DNA from: a virus
IMG/VR virus record: IMGVR_UViG_3300044591_002420
Coordinates: 32,001-96,000 of that record
Reading direction: 5' to 3' (one strand)
Length of the DNA stretch: 64,000 nt
Part shown: one piece after another, positions 51,522 through 61,541 of the stretch
Layout of the letters: the number at the start of each line of letters is the position of its first letter
Position numbering within the stretch: position 1 is the stretch's first letter
Made by a program: the position numbers and the translations under genes
Notes under the pieces: generated by a model
What the model saw: only the letters and a program-made list of their open reading frames with translations
Database searches by the model: none
What the model was told of the DNA's origin: nothing

Positions 51522-51881
51522 ATCGTTTTGAAAATCTTCTACTTGGTTTAGGTATTGCTGCTTTTATAGGATTGATTATTGCGATGGTCGTTCTCAACTA
51601 TAATTTCGAAAAGAATTATGTTGCAACGAATGATTGCCATCTCACCGGAAATACTAAAACCGAAGAATACTCATATTGGGTTACTACAGATGTAGATACC
51701 GGAGCTGGTTTTGTTGATTATGGCGAATACTCCACTTATGAGTATTATTGTAATGTCACCGGAAGCAATAAATGGTTTATGTATCGGTTTGACGACTGAT
51801 GCCACTTTGAAAGCTGTCCACCACTGAGTTCTCAGCCACGTTATTGGTGCTATAGTACATTCTACCAACAAGGAGTTTTTA

Positions 51882-52286
51882 ATGTCAATCACAACTGAAC
51901 AACTAAAAGAGATTTTCAATAAAGTTCTTTCGGAAATTGAAAATCTAAATGTTGCGAACCTTTCTTATTTTGAAAAGAAATCGCTAGCTTGTGATCCCAA
52001 AACCTCACCGGAAATCTTAGCAGTTCTGGCTACCGATGAGGATTCTCTTGTTCGTTATTTGGTAGCAAGAAATCCAAACACACCACCAAAAGTCCTAGAA
52101 CAACTAGCGACCGATGTGGAATATTGGATTCGTTGTTGTGTAGCAAAACATCCAAACTATGAAAAAGCTACTGTAAGGGTTCCAGATCTATCTGTGGCTG
52201 AATATAATGCCCTAAAAGAACTACTCAAAAATACACAAAATCAAAGTCTAAAATCTCTTTCCATCAAACTAGGAGTCATTCAATGA
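51882..52286 (+). CDS. LRV-repeat protein (alternative-cap subfamily)
   Basis: N-terminal I...L.EIF.KVL.E like 15368; HPNY tail. Confidence 0.88.
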   Translation: MSITTEQLKEIFNKVLSEIENLNVANLSYFEKKSLACDPKTSPEILAVLATDEDSLVRYLVARNPNTPPKVLEQLATDVEYWIRCCVAKHPNYEKATVRVPDLSVAEYNALKELLKNTQNQSLKSLSIKLGVIQ

Positions 52287-52543
52287 TCAAACGAATTATT
52301 GCAATTTCAATCTGTGCTCTGCTTCTTACTTCATGCACACAGCTCGACCGAACAACTCGCATTCTGGAAGATCAAGGTTATTCAAATATTCAGACACACA
52401 GTTTCGGATTTATGCAACTGTTTCAGTGTTCTGAAGATGACACTTTTAGAACACCCTTTACTGCTGAATCATCCACAGGTCGGCAAGTTACCGGAGTTGT
52501 CTGTTCCGGTATTCTTAAAGGTGCCACCGTTCGTTTTGGTTGA
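52283..52543 (+). CDS. Putative lipoprotein
   Basis: Basic N-terminus, hydrophobic stretch, LLTSC lipobox. Confidence 0.65.
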   Translation: MIKRIIAISICALLLTSCTQLDRTTRILEDQGYSNIQTHSFGFMQLFQCSEDDTFRTPFTAESSTGRQVTGVVCSGILKGATVRFG

Positions 52544-53234
52544 GGAACTATTATGAACATCACTGAGCACATTCAAAAAGCAAACGAAAACTTTATCAAA
52601 CAAAGAGAAGCCTATTATCAGGAGATGAGAGTTATTGCTGAAGAATACACAAAAGAAGTTATTACTCCTTTCTGTGAACGTTATAATTTGACTTATGATT
52701 TTTCCGATCATCCTTTCGCAGCAGAACGAGGATTTTGGTATAATGGTGGTGCTAAGAATTATTACGTCAATAGAAAAGAGTACGCTCTAGAACGATATCC
52801 TAAAATCTTCTCAGGGTTTCCTGATTCATTTTGGGATGAATTGCATCAGATTTATGATACGACTTATTCGGGATGTCCAGACCGAGGAAGTGATACTATT
52901 TTTGATAATTTTTGCTCTTCTGTTTCAAAATGATAATCCCTCTAGGATCAAACCAAAACGAAAAAATTCTATCCAACGGCAATAAGATTCTCTTTTCTTA
53001 TTCAAAACCTGTTGCCGCTTTTGTTGTTGGAGAAGGCTATGTGAGAACTTATGATCCATGTTCTTATACAACGAATTCTCACATCAATAAATGGACAGAA
53101 AACAATGCCTGTGCTCTCGTACCACAAAAACGGATTGACGAGATCCTACATGCCGGTTCATAAACTGTCACATCTATCAGTCAAACATAATCATTCATAG
53201 TCTACAATAAAAACATCCATTCCACTATTCGGAA

Positions 53235-53849
53235 ATGAAACCTCAATTCTTCTCTGCTCAAATTCCATTTATGGGATTTTATGCTTCCATTCATTCTGAT
53301 GCTATTGATCACGAAGAAGAACAACTGTTCACTTCTGATACAGGAAAATTCTATGATGCACTTTATGATGACTTTTTTCTTCATGTGAATTGGGAACAAG
53401 TTTATCAGAAGTATGCAACAGTTTATTGCGATGAATTCGCTAAGACTTTTGGTATCACTCTTGATTTTGAAGAGTTAGTTTCTCCGAGAGAATATAACTT
53501 CCAAACCGATCGGATTTTCGCAAAGATCTCAAGGAATGATCTTGCAAAGATTCTTAAAAAAGTTCGCGGGGAGAAACTGAAGAATACAACCAATAAGCTC
53601 TTTTCTTCTCGGTCTGGTTTCGTTTCTTATTATTCCAATAACATCAGAGATTGGGGTAAAATTTCTACTTGGGACCACAATCAAATCTATGCAATTTTAG
53701 TTGCGTTCACTGAATCTTCTTTCTCGGAAGATGAGATCTTGTCTAGTATTTTTGAAAACAATAATGTTGGTGATTGGATTTATGAATCCGCAGATTATAA
53801 AGGTAAACTGGCCATAAAATTTGCCGATATTATGAGGAGAGTTTATTGA
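53235..53849 (+). CDS. Hypothetical phage protein
   Basis: PF.GFY, SPREYNF.TDRI, SRSGF.SYYSN. Confidence 0.7.
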   Translation: MKPQFFSAQIPFMGFYASIHSDAIDHEEEQLFTSDTGKFYDALYDDFFLHVNWEQVYQKYATVYCDEFAKTFGITLDFEELVSPREYNFQTDRIFAKISRNDLAKILKKVRGEKLKNTTNKLFSSRSGFVSYYSNNIRDWGKISTWDHNQIYAILVAFTESSFSEDEILSSIFENNNVGDWIYESADYKGKLAIKFADIMRRVY

Positions 53850-54193
53850 TGGTCTACCTAAAAACAACAGAATCAAGAGAATCTGCTGCACGAAATCCAA
53901 ACACACCGCCAAAAACTCTAGAGCAACTAGCGACCGATGATGATTGGAATGTTCGTTGGAACGTAGCAGAAAATCCAAACACACCACCAAAAGCCCTAGA
54001 GATTCTAGCGAGCGATGAGAATTCTCTTGTTCGTTGGAAGGTAGCAAGAAATCCAAACACCCCACCAAAAGTCTTAGAACAACTAGCGTCTGATGAGGAT
54101 TGGATGGTTCGTTATCGTGTAAAACATAATCCAAACACACCACACTACATCAAAAAGTATCTTAAAATTCAAGAACAACTAGCTAGATTATGA
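53846..54193 (+). CDS. LRV-repeat protein
   Basis: Three repeats plus cap. Confidence 0.9.
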   Translation: MMVYLKTTESRESAARNPNTPPKTLEQLATDDDWNVRWNVAENPNTPPKALEILASDENSLVRWKVARNPNTPPKVLEQLASDEDWMVRYRVKHNPNTPHYIKKYLKIQEQLARL

Positions 54194-54360
54194 ACAAATA
54201 TTACCTTGCTATAGACCCAAACACTTCAACAGAAATCCTAGAACAACTGGCAACCGATGAGAGTCCTTCCGTTCGCTGTAATGTAGCAGAAAATCCAAAC
54301 ACTCAACATTACATCAAGAGGTATCTTAAAATTCAAGAACATCTTAGGACACTTCCATAA
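54190..54360 (+). CDS. Single-unit LRV protein (56 aa, not in the ORF track)
   Basis: MNKYYLAIDPNTSTEILEQLATDESPSVRCNVAENPNTQHYIKRYLKIQEHLRTLP*. Confidence 0.8.
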   Translation: MNKYYLAIDPNTSTEILEQLATDESPSVRCNVAENPNTQHYIKRYLKIQEHLRTLP

Positions 54361-54950
54361 CTGACCACCAACCCGCATCTGCTCCACAATATTTCTGCTA
54401 TTATGATAAAGCCAACGGAGATTTTCAATGAATTCTTCTGAACTGATTCAAGGACAAATTGAAGCACTAATGCCATCTTATCTTCGTGCCAAAGAAGATG
54501 CGATTAAAACAGGTAAAGCCGAAGAAAAAATCGGTTCAGATTCACTTAATTTTTATCTCAATTAAACCAAAATTAAAATGGAAAACTACATTCAAGACAA
54601 TCAATTAGGATTCAATGTACCACGAAAAAGTTGGGTTGAAGGGCCATTCTCTATCCTCGTTAATACAATAAAAGAAAAATTAGGAGAAGAAACACTAGAT
54701 TTTTCCAATGACTTCTTTAGTCTTAGAAGTTATCATTGGGGTGATGACGAGGATATATTGGGGGAACCCAATTTTGAAATTCCGAGTGAGAATTTTAAAC
54801 TAGACTGGTACAAATATCCGTTTAGATGTTCCTATTCATCAGAAAAACTTACACCCAAACGTTGGAACGATCTCATCCAAAAATGTATTAAAAGTCTTGG
54901 CGAGGACAATCAGTAAACTGGAACAGTAACCCACTGCTGATCCAGACTCT

Positions 54951-55460
54951 TTGATATATTATGATAGTTCGCAATCATTTCTCATGCACATCTTTGAATT
55001 CGGTGTCACCACCTTTATTGGTTGGCGAAATGTTGAAACTGTTTATGTGAAAGCAGCATCTTCATCTGATGCAATAAAATTCATGCGCACTCTGGCAGAT
55101 GAAGATGATGAGACGAAACCTTATGCTGATTTCAGGTTTCGTACTTCGGTTCCTGAATGTTGTCTTCCTGTAGATCCAGAAATTTTGGATGCAACAGAAT
55201 CTCCATCTTTTGTGCTTGTTATCAGTGAAGAGAAACAAGAATTTGAATGGTTGGAATGGTATTCTGTTCGTATGGACAATAAAATTATTGGTGACATTGG
55301 CCGAAACCAAAATGTCCAAGAAAATTATTACTTTAGCGCATACGAAAGTTCTTATTGTGATCGTGCAAGACTTGATCTGGATTTTAGCGGATCTTTTGAT
55401 ACATTGGAAGAAGCCAAAACTAGAGCTTATGAGTATGCGGAATATCTCAATTTTTCGTGA
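54951..55460 (+). CDS. Hypothetical protein
   Basis: ORF following a promoter motif. Confidence 0.6.
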   Translation: MIYYDSSQSFLMHIFEFGVTTFIGWRNVETVYVKAASSSDAIKFMRTLADEDDETKPYADFRFRTSVPECCLPVDPEILDATESPSFVLVISEEKQEFEWLEWYSVRMDNKIIGDIGRNQNVQENYYFSAYESSYCDRARLDLDFSGSFDTLEEAKTRAYEYAEYLNFS

Positions 55461-55818
55461 TAATCTGCGCCTTATTCCAACACTCAAAAAATTCTAAAAT
55501 CATGACACAACTCAATCTCACATCTGGACAAATTCTTGATATTATTGCTTCTCTACGTTGTAGTCGGCAATGGGCACATAAAAATCGTGAACAGTATGGA
55601 CACTTGGCTGTTTATTATGACAACATGATTAAACAATTTGAGGATGTTTATGATAAGTTACAGGAGCTTCCTGGTGAAAAGAGAGAAGCTCATCTGATTC
55701 TGGCGATGAATTAGGACGGTTCATAAGGTGGCACAATAACTCAGCGCGACCGGCAAGAAGGCGTTATCTTATAAAAGTCAACCGACAACAACCACAACAC
55801 ACCGGAGGAAACACAATC

Positions 55819-56094
55819 ATGGCTCGTAAATCTGTTACTACCGATTCCAGCGTTCAATCTTTCGCAACCGCCGAAGATCTGAAAGGTTATCTTCAGACTC
55901 TGGAAGATTCCACCACTAAAGCTGCCACGGAATCGGCCCAGAAAATGGAGACTACCGTAACCATCAACGGTAGGCCCGTTCGCTGCACCGTCACTCCGCC
56001 CGCTAAGGCCGGCCGCAAGCCCTACACGCTCTTTTATGTGGGCGATAAGCGTCAGGCCAAAAAGACCATTCCCACTGCTATTCTGGTGGTCTGA
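55819..56094 (+). CDS. Small protein with basic C-terminus, GC-richer codons, strong RBS
   Basis: GGAGG upstream; own promoter motif and downstream terminator. Confidence 0.75.
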   Translation: MARKSVTTDSSVQSFATAEDLKGYLQTLEDSTTKAATESAQKMETTVTINGRPVRCTVTPPAKAGRKPYTLFYVGDKRQAKKTIPTAILVV

Positions 56095-56113
56095 ACGGCG
56101 AAGTGGCACAGTC

Positions 56114-56149
56114 AATATCGGGGAGAAAACAAGACTCCCCGATATTTTT
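56114..56149 (+). terminator. Intrinsic terminator-like hairpin
   Basis: AATATCGGGGAG-AAAACAAGA-CTCCCCGATATT-TTT. Confidence 0.6.
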
Positions 56150-56877
56150 CATTCATCTAAAAATTCCCAAAATGTCTGAAAAAGAAGCAGCAACACGTGC
56201 CGATAGTCTTGCTAAAATTCCATTGCCGAAGATTAATAACACCACTAGACCCGATCTAAGTCGGTCATTTAATCATCAAAATACCGCTCCAGATTCTTCA
56301 AAAGAAAGATCTCGCCGATGGAATAATAAGAAACCTTTGTATGAATTTTTTAACACGCTCAGACAAGTTCCATGAAAATCCTAATCTATTTGATGGTCGC
56401 GCTAGGTGTTTATGCTGGTTTCGTTGATGCTGGCGCCAAACAAGATGTATCTCTCAACAACGCAATATTTTGGCCAGTATCACTTCCTTATATGATAACC
56501 AAGGACTATCTACAACACAACAAATGAGGAAAACCCATGCTTTTTTCTAATGATGCTTTTAGTGGAGAAGGAGAATATAGTGGAACATTTCTTCATCATT
56601 TTCTGATTGAATGTGCAGCAAAACATGGCGAAACAAATCCAGGTTTTATTGAACGAATCGCGGAAAAAGAACAAACTGATGTCACATTGACTATTGATGG
56701 AGAAGAAGTTGATATAAGCGAAACTCTTCAATTTTTCTGGTCACAAATGGATAACATGATTAAAGAGCGAGCATGCAAACTAATGCGCGACAAATTTGTT
56801 GATATTAGTGATAATTTACAGATTATTGAAAATGAAGTTCTTCATAAGATGAAGGATGAACTCGGGTTTGATTATTA

Positions 56878-57246
56878 ATGATTATGTCAAAGAATGAAGA
56901 TATTACGAAGCTAACACTTAATGAAAAATGTAATCAAGCTAGAGATCCAAACACTCCACCAAAAACTCTAGTACAACTAGCTACCGATGAGGAATGGTAT
57001 GTTCGTTATTGGGTAGCACTAAACCCAAACACTCCACTAAAAGTTCTAGAACATCTAGCAGCCGATGAAAATTATTGGGTTCGTGATGAAGTAGCAAATA
57101 ATCTAAACACACCAATAAAAACACTAGAACAACTAGCGAGCGATGAGTATATTAGTGTTCGTCTTGAAGTGGCAAGAAATCCAAACACACCACACTACAT
57201 CAAGAAGTTCATTACCATTCAAGAACAGCTTAGGTCACTTCCATAA
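56878..57246 (+). CDS. LRV-repeat protein
   Basis: Three repeats plus cap identical to that of 51-455. Confidence 0.9.
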   Translation: MIMSKNEDITKLTLNEKCNQARDPNTPPKTLVQLATDEEWYVRYWVALNPNTPLKVLEHLAADENYWVRDEVANNLNTPIKTLEQLASDEYISVRLEVARNPNTPHYIKKFITIQEQLRSLP

Positions 57247-57286
57247 CTGTCACAATAACCACCAATAACACCATAGAAATCTGCTA
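57142..57286 (+). repeat. 145-bp near-identical copy of 351-495
   Basis: Covers last LRV half-repeat, cap, palindromic motif and promoter; about 3 mismatches by eye. Confidence 0.9.
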
Positions 57287-57312
57287 GTATTCAACTACAA
57301 ACCGATCTTCTC

Positions 57313-57576
57313 ATGTCAACACGAATTATTACCCACTACAATCCACCACCACATCGCCGTTCTTTTGGTGGATTTATTCGCTTTCTTCGTAGCGTTATTA
57401 ATATTTTGTTGTTGTTAATTGGCTTTATCATCGCATTTTATCTCGCAGTCGCTATTTTGTCATTTTTTGTGGTTTCAATAATTAAAGGAAATGTTATTGG
57501 AATTATTGGCAGTATTGTAATCGCACTCATCGTAATCATCGTCACTTATCTAGTGGAAGCATATAAAAACTACTAA
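57313..57576 (+). CDS. Small two-TM membrane protein
   Basis: Two long hydrophobic stretches. Confidence 0.65.
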   Translation: MSTRIITHYNPPPHRRSFGGFIRFLRSVINILLLLIGFIIAFYLAVAILSFFVVSIIKGNVIGIIGSIVIALIVIIVTYLVEAYKNY

Positions 57577-58021
57577 TTTATGATAAGTCTAGTAATTTAT
57601 GTCATTTCGTTTCTTCTACTGACCCTCTTATATTGTGCAGGATCATTAATGATTTTTTTGATTATTGAAATCCTAAATGAATGATGTGTCAGTTGAGCTA
57701 GTGTCCACTCCGACAGTGGTTATTCTGTTGAAGGAGTTATACTTAAAAAGTCTTCAAATCTTCAGTGAAACTCATGTTTGGCAACACGCTCATAATCTAC
57801 ATGAAAAGTGGCAACAAAATTGTGTTGCCCTTTATTTCCGAATATGCCTTTAGAGCAGATGGTGAATCTATCACTTATATTAAAATCACGAGAATTTGGT
57901 GGCTTGAATGGTTGTCACGTCAAAAGTTAATCGTTGAAACAATCAATCTGTCTCAGATTGAAGCGGTCTGTGTAAAATAATAATTATCAAACTGATTAAA
58001 CACTCCACCCCTTTACCATCC

Positions 58022-58867
58022 ATGAAACTTCAAGAAATCATTGCCCATCTGAACACCAAAGAAGAACCCTATTCCGGTGAAGATCTTCAAAGGAAACTTG
58101 GTCACCAAAATCCAGTGGATCTTTCAATCCATGGATTCTCTTTACGTGTGATCCAGAAATATAGCACATCCGTAAGAGCTGCTTATCATCTCATTTACCA
58201 TAATGGTGTTCCAATTTGTATTGCTCATTTTTATCAATCATTTCAATATTTATTGGCTGAATACTGTTGGATCAGTGAAGAAATCTATTGGAATATCCTG
58301 AAAATTATTAAAAATATTCACTCTCAAGATATTCGTCTTATTGTTCAAAATGAAGAATGGGATCCCGTTGATATTGAACTGAAACCAATTAGTGAAATTA
58401 TTCTGTCCGAAAAACAGAAACTTGAACTGGCAAAAAATCCAGATACTTCTTCTGGATTGTTGGAGTTTCTTGCATCCGATGAGAATGAAGAGGTTCGTCG
58501 TCGTGTAGCAGAAAATATAAACACTCCACCAGAAATTCTTGAACAACTAGCGACCGATAAGGATCCTTATGTTCGTTGGTTTGTAGCACGAAATCCAAAC
58601 ACACAATCAGAAGCCTTAGAACTTCTAGCAATCAATAATGATTTTGGTGAGTATCATTGGGGAATTCACTGTGGAGTGGCAAATAATCCAAACACTCCAT
58701 TAAAAACTTTAGAACTTTTTGTGACCCATAATAATGGCGCAGTTCGTTATTGTGTGGCAGGAAATCCAAACACACCAACAAAAATTCTAGAAGTGTTGGT
58801 TAATGATGAGTTTCCTAATGTTCGGGAACGAGCGGCAGAAAATCTTAAATCAAGGACGGTTGCTTAA
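58022..58867 (+). CDS. Unknown N-terminal domain fused to LRV repeats
   Basis: Five C-terminal repeats. Confidence 0.85.
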   Translation: MKLQEIIAHLNTKEEPYSGEDLQRKLGHQNPVDLSIHGFSLRVIQKYSTSVRAAYHLIYHNGVPICIAHFYQSFQYLLAEYCWISEEIYWNILKIIKNIHSQDIRLIVQNEEWDPVDIELKPISEIILSEKQKLELAKNPDTSSGLLEFLASDENEEVRRRVAENINTPPEILEQLATDKDPYVRWFVARNPNTQSEALELLAINNDFGEYHWGIHCGVANNPNTPLKTLELFVTHNNGAVRYCVAGNPNTPTKILEVLVNDEFPNVRERAAENLKSRTVA

Positions 58868-58934
58868 CTGTCCACTGATGCCACCAGTGACTCGGTAACC
58901 ATCTTATATTGATTCTGTTCCCAGAGAATTTCTC

Positions 58935-59309
58935 ATGTCACTCACACCAGAAGAGATGGAAACGTTGGATCTTCGTTCGCCACGATGGCTTGAAGATCCT
59001 ATTTCTTTCGTTGATAAGTATCATACGGATAATGAGATTGTTGATCTCTTGATGAGTGATAGAGGAGTTCTTAAGAATTTTCTTTCTACACTCGGTTGTA
59101 GTCTGTCTAATCGTCAAGTAAGAGAAAGTGCTAATTCCGCTACAAGATGGATTAATGATCTCAACTCTTGTGAAGAGAAAGAAGGACTTACCGATGATAT
59201 GAAACTATGGAGAATGGGCCACAAGGCTATGCTGGCATGGTTGCATTCTCATAGAGCCAAGCGATCAACTTATAGCACAACAAATCCGAATCAATATCGC
59301 AGACAATAA
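58935..59309 (+). CDS. Hypothetical protein
   Basis: ATG ORF after a promoter motif. Confidence 0.65.
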   Translation: MSLTPEEMETLDLRSPRWLEDPISFVDKYHTDNEIVDLLMSDRGVLKNFLSTLGCSLSNRQVRESANSATRWINDLNSCEEKEGLTDDMKLWRMGHKAMLAWLHSHRAKRSTYSTTNPNQYRRQ

Positions 59310-59986
59310 TAACATCAATTTCATTCATTTTTCAACAAAATCATGATCTTCACACAAGAGGATGTTTTCAAACTCACTAATCTTCTTAATGAAAAATTGG
59401 GAGACTTTGGGTATTTTAAAGTTTCCTACACTGCTCTAGGTGGTGCAGATCGGGCATCACTGTTTGTTCATTCTTCAAGACAAAAACAAAAAGAATGGCT
59501 CTATGGCATTTATCATAACAGTGATTATGCGATCTTTTGTCTGGATTATCTTGGTAAAATGGAGATCATCAGCAGACATCATCAGATGCCAAAGATGCGC
59601 AAATGTAACATCAAATCTCTTGAAGATGCCGCCGATAGAATTGCCAAATATCTTCTTAGTGTCTCATAATAACATCATGTATCTTTATACAGTTGAAATT
59701 CATTTCCGATATAACGACGAGATTATACAACTTGTTTGTATTAACGATGCTTTGTCTTATCTTATATACACCTTTGATAAATCAGAAGATATTCTTGAAT
59801 ATACAATTAGTTGTGGCGCAAATACGTTATTGACCAAAGAATTTTTTAGTTTTCCTTGCGACAAACTTGTAACAGAATTTCATTTTGAAGATCCTTATGC
59901 AGTGTGACACTTAAACAACTGACACATAACCACTACCATTCCGTCAGAAGAACGGTTATTGTTCATTTATTCCCGACTTTCACACC

Positions 59987-60622
59987 ATGAAGTATCGGCT
60001 CCAAATTAAAGAACATGAAGAATATGGTAATCTCGGTGCAATCATTTTAGGGCCACGATCACGTTCTTATCATGATCCATTTTCGGGTCTGACAATAGCT
60101 CATGATATTTTGGAGCATCCGACTAAAATTCATCCAGATCCCTTTATTGATGAATTGTTGGCGCTTGGTGGAATAATTGCTGGACGGCGTTGGAATACTT
60201 ATACCGTGAACCAAGAATCATTAAAAGGTGTTCTTCGTGATTTGATGGAACAAACACCCGTAGCTTTTATGATGAATAGTTCTTTTTCTAATAACAAAAC
60301 TCTTAAGAATCAAGATCAGTTTGAGGAAATTCGGACTATTGTAGCGAATGCTGGAACAGAATTGTATAGAGATCATTATTCAGATGAAATTTGTCCCGTT
60401 TTTAATGAGCCTCTTATCGTTTCCTGGATCTGCGAAGGTTATTCAAGATTCAAGAAAAGATTTAGGCGTTACGATCTTTATGACATTTCAAATCACATGT
60501 TTGACTCAATAAAATACAAGGTAGATCGGTGGATTGAACAAGCCGAGATAGGAGATACTGCCGATTTATATGTGAATTTTAATCGTTGTGGTGTATATTT
60601 GATTCCATCTCATCAAAGGTAA
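59987..60622 (+). CDS. Hypothetical phage protein
   Basis: IAHDILEH, DEL.ALG motifs. Confidence 0.65.
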   Translation: MKYRLQIKEHEEYGNLGAIILGPRSRSYHDPFSGLTIAHDILEHPTKIHPDPFIDELLALGGIIAGRRWNTYTVNQESLKGVLRDLMEQTPVAFMMNSSFSNNKTLKNQDQFEEIRTIVANAGTELYRDHYSDEICPVFNEPLIVSWICEGYSRFKKRFRRYDLYDISNHMFDSIKYKVDRWIEQAEIGDTADLYVNFNRCGVYLIPSHQR

Positions 60623-60809
60623 CCAAATCATGACCCATAAGGATCCTTGGAATAGGAGAAAGGTGAAAATGCACCCTAATTATAAGACTTCTCGTTGGAA
60701 TTTTTTCAAATTTCTGTTCGGGTGAATGGACGGTTCAAGAAGTGGCACAGTCCGAACGTTGCTGACCCATAAGAGTTGCTATATTGATTCTGTTCCCAAA
60801 GGAGATTCC

Positions 60810-61094
60810 ATGTCACTCTCACCAGAATGGACTAATGTTCTTGAGGCTCATTGCAAAAGAGTTGTAAACGAAATGAGTATTGATGAACTGAAGGCTTATG
60901 CCCGACAAATGATGTGTTCTTCGCTTTTTGGTGGTGGTCGTGATTTTCTGGATACTCGGGAAGATCTTGTAGAAGATATTGTAGAACATTGTTATGCACA
61001 GGAAGAAAATGGTGTTTTGGTAGCTAGAAAATTTATTATCGGTTGTGGTGTTTCTGAAGTAGATGCCGATTATGCCTTGATTGATTATAATTAA
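60810..61094 (+). CDS. Hypothetical protein
   Basis: AAGGAG RBS then ATG 60810 (the ORF-track 5' extension spans the promoter). Confidence 0.65.
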   Translation: MSLSPEWTNVLEAHCKRVVNEMSIDELKAYARQMMCSSLFGGGRDFLDTREDLVEDIVEHCYAQEENGVLVARKFIIGCGVSEVDADYALIDYN

Positions 61095-61362
61095 TCTTAC
61101 ATCACTAATTCCTTTCTTTTTCTTTACCAACATGGACACGAAGAGTTTTGAGAGCCTTGATCTAAGGATATATCAACCACTACTTAATGGAATCACAGAA
61201 ATTGCTGATGCTGAGGGTAGATCCGTTGAAGAGGTAATAAGAAGGGCTCTGGGTCTTTATGATCTTTGTCGAAAAGAAGAGGCCGAAGGTAGAACGATTG
61301 TGATTGCAAATCTTGATAATGGTATAGTTGTCGAAGCAGTAAAGGGCATTAGACTTAATTAA
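61081..61362 (+). CDS. Putative ribbon-helix-helix-like protein
   Basis: IA..EGRS..EVIRRAL.LY......EG..I. Confidence 0.5.
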   Translation: MIIINLTSLIPFFFFTNMDTKSFESLDLRIYQPLLNGITEIADAEGRSVEEVIRRALGLYDLCRKEEAEGRTIVIANLDNGIVVEAVKGIRLN

Positions 61363-61541
61363 TCCACCACATTTCTTAAATCCATGACCGGATACACCAA
61401 AATCACCGAACAAAAATTCTATGAAGTTGGTGGTTTCTCAAATCCTCGCTGTGTGAGAGTGGAGCGAGGAGGCTGCTGGGCTTACTTTTATGAAAACTCA
61501 CTGTAACGATAATTAATCCACCACGTTTCTTAAATCCATGA
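61357..61541 (+). repeat. 31-bp direct repeats flanking a 40-codon ORF
   Basis: AATTAATCCACCAC(A/G)TTTCTTAAATCCATGA at 61357 and 61511. Confidence 0.8.

Noticed and set aside
51-58867. LRV hypervariability as a diversity-generating retroelement
   Set aside because: The framework is A-rich yet conserved, the variation is not adenine-specific, and no reverse transcriptase or template repeat is visible in the window.
443-60750. Palindromic motif as a classical integron attC site
   Set aside because: It lacks the RYYYAAC/GTTRRRY cores and long stem, no integrase is in the window, and the spacing to -10 boxes fits a promoter element better.
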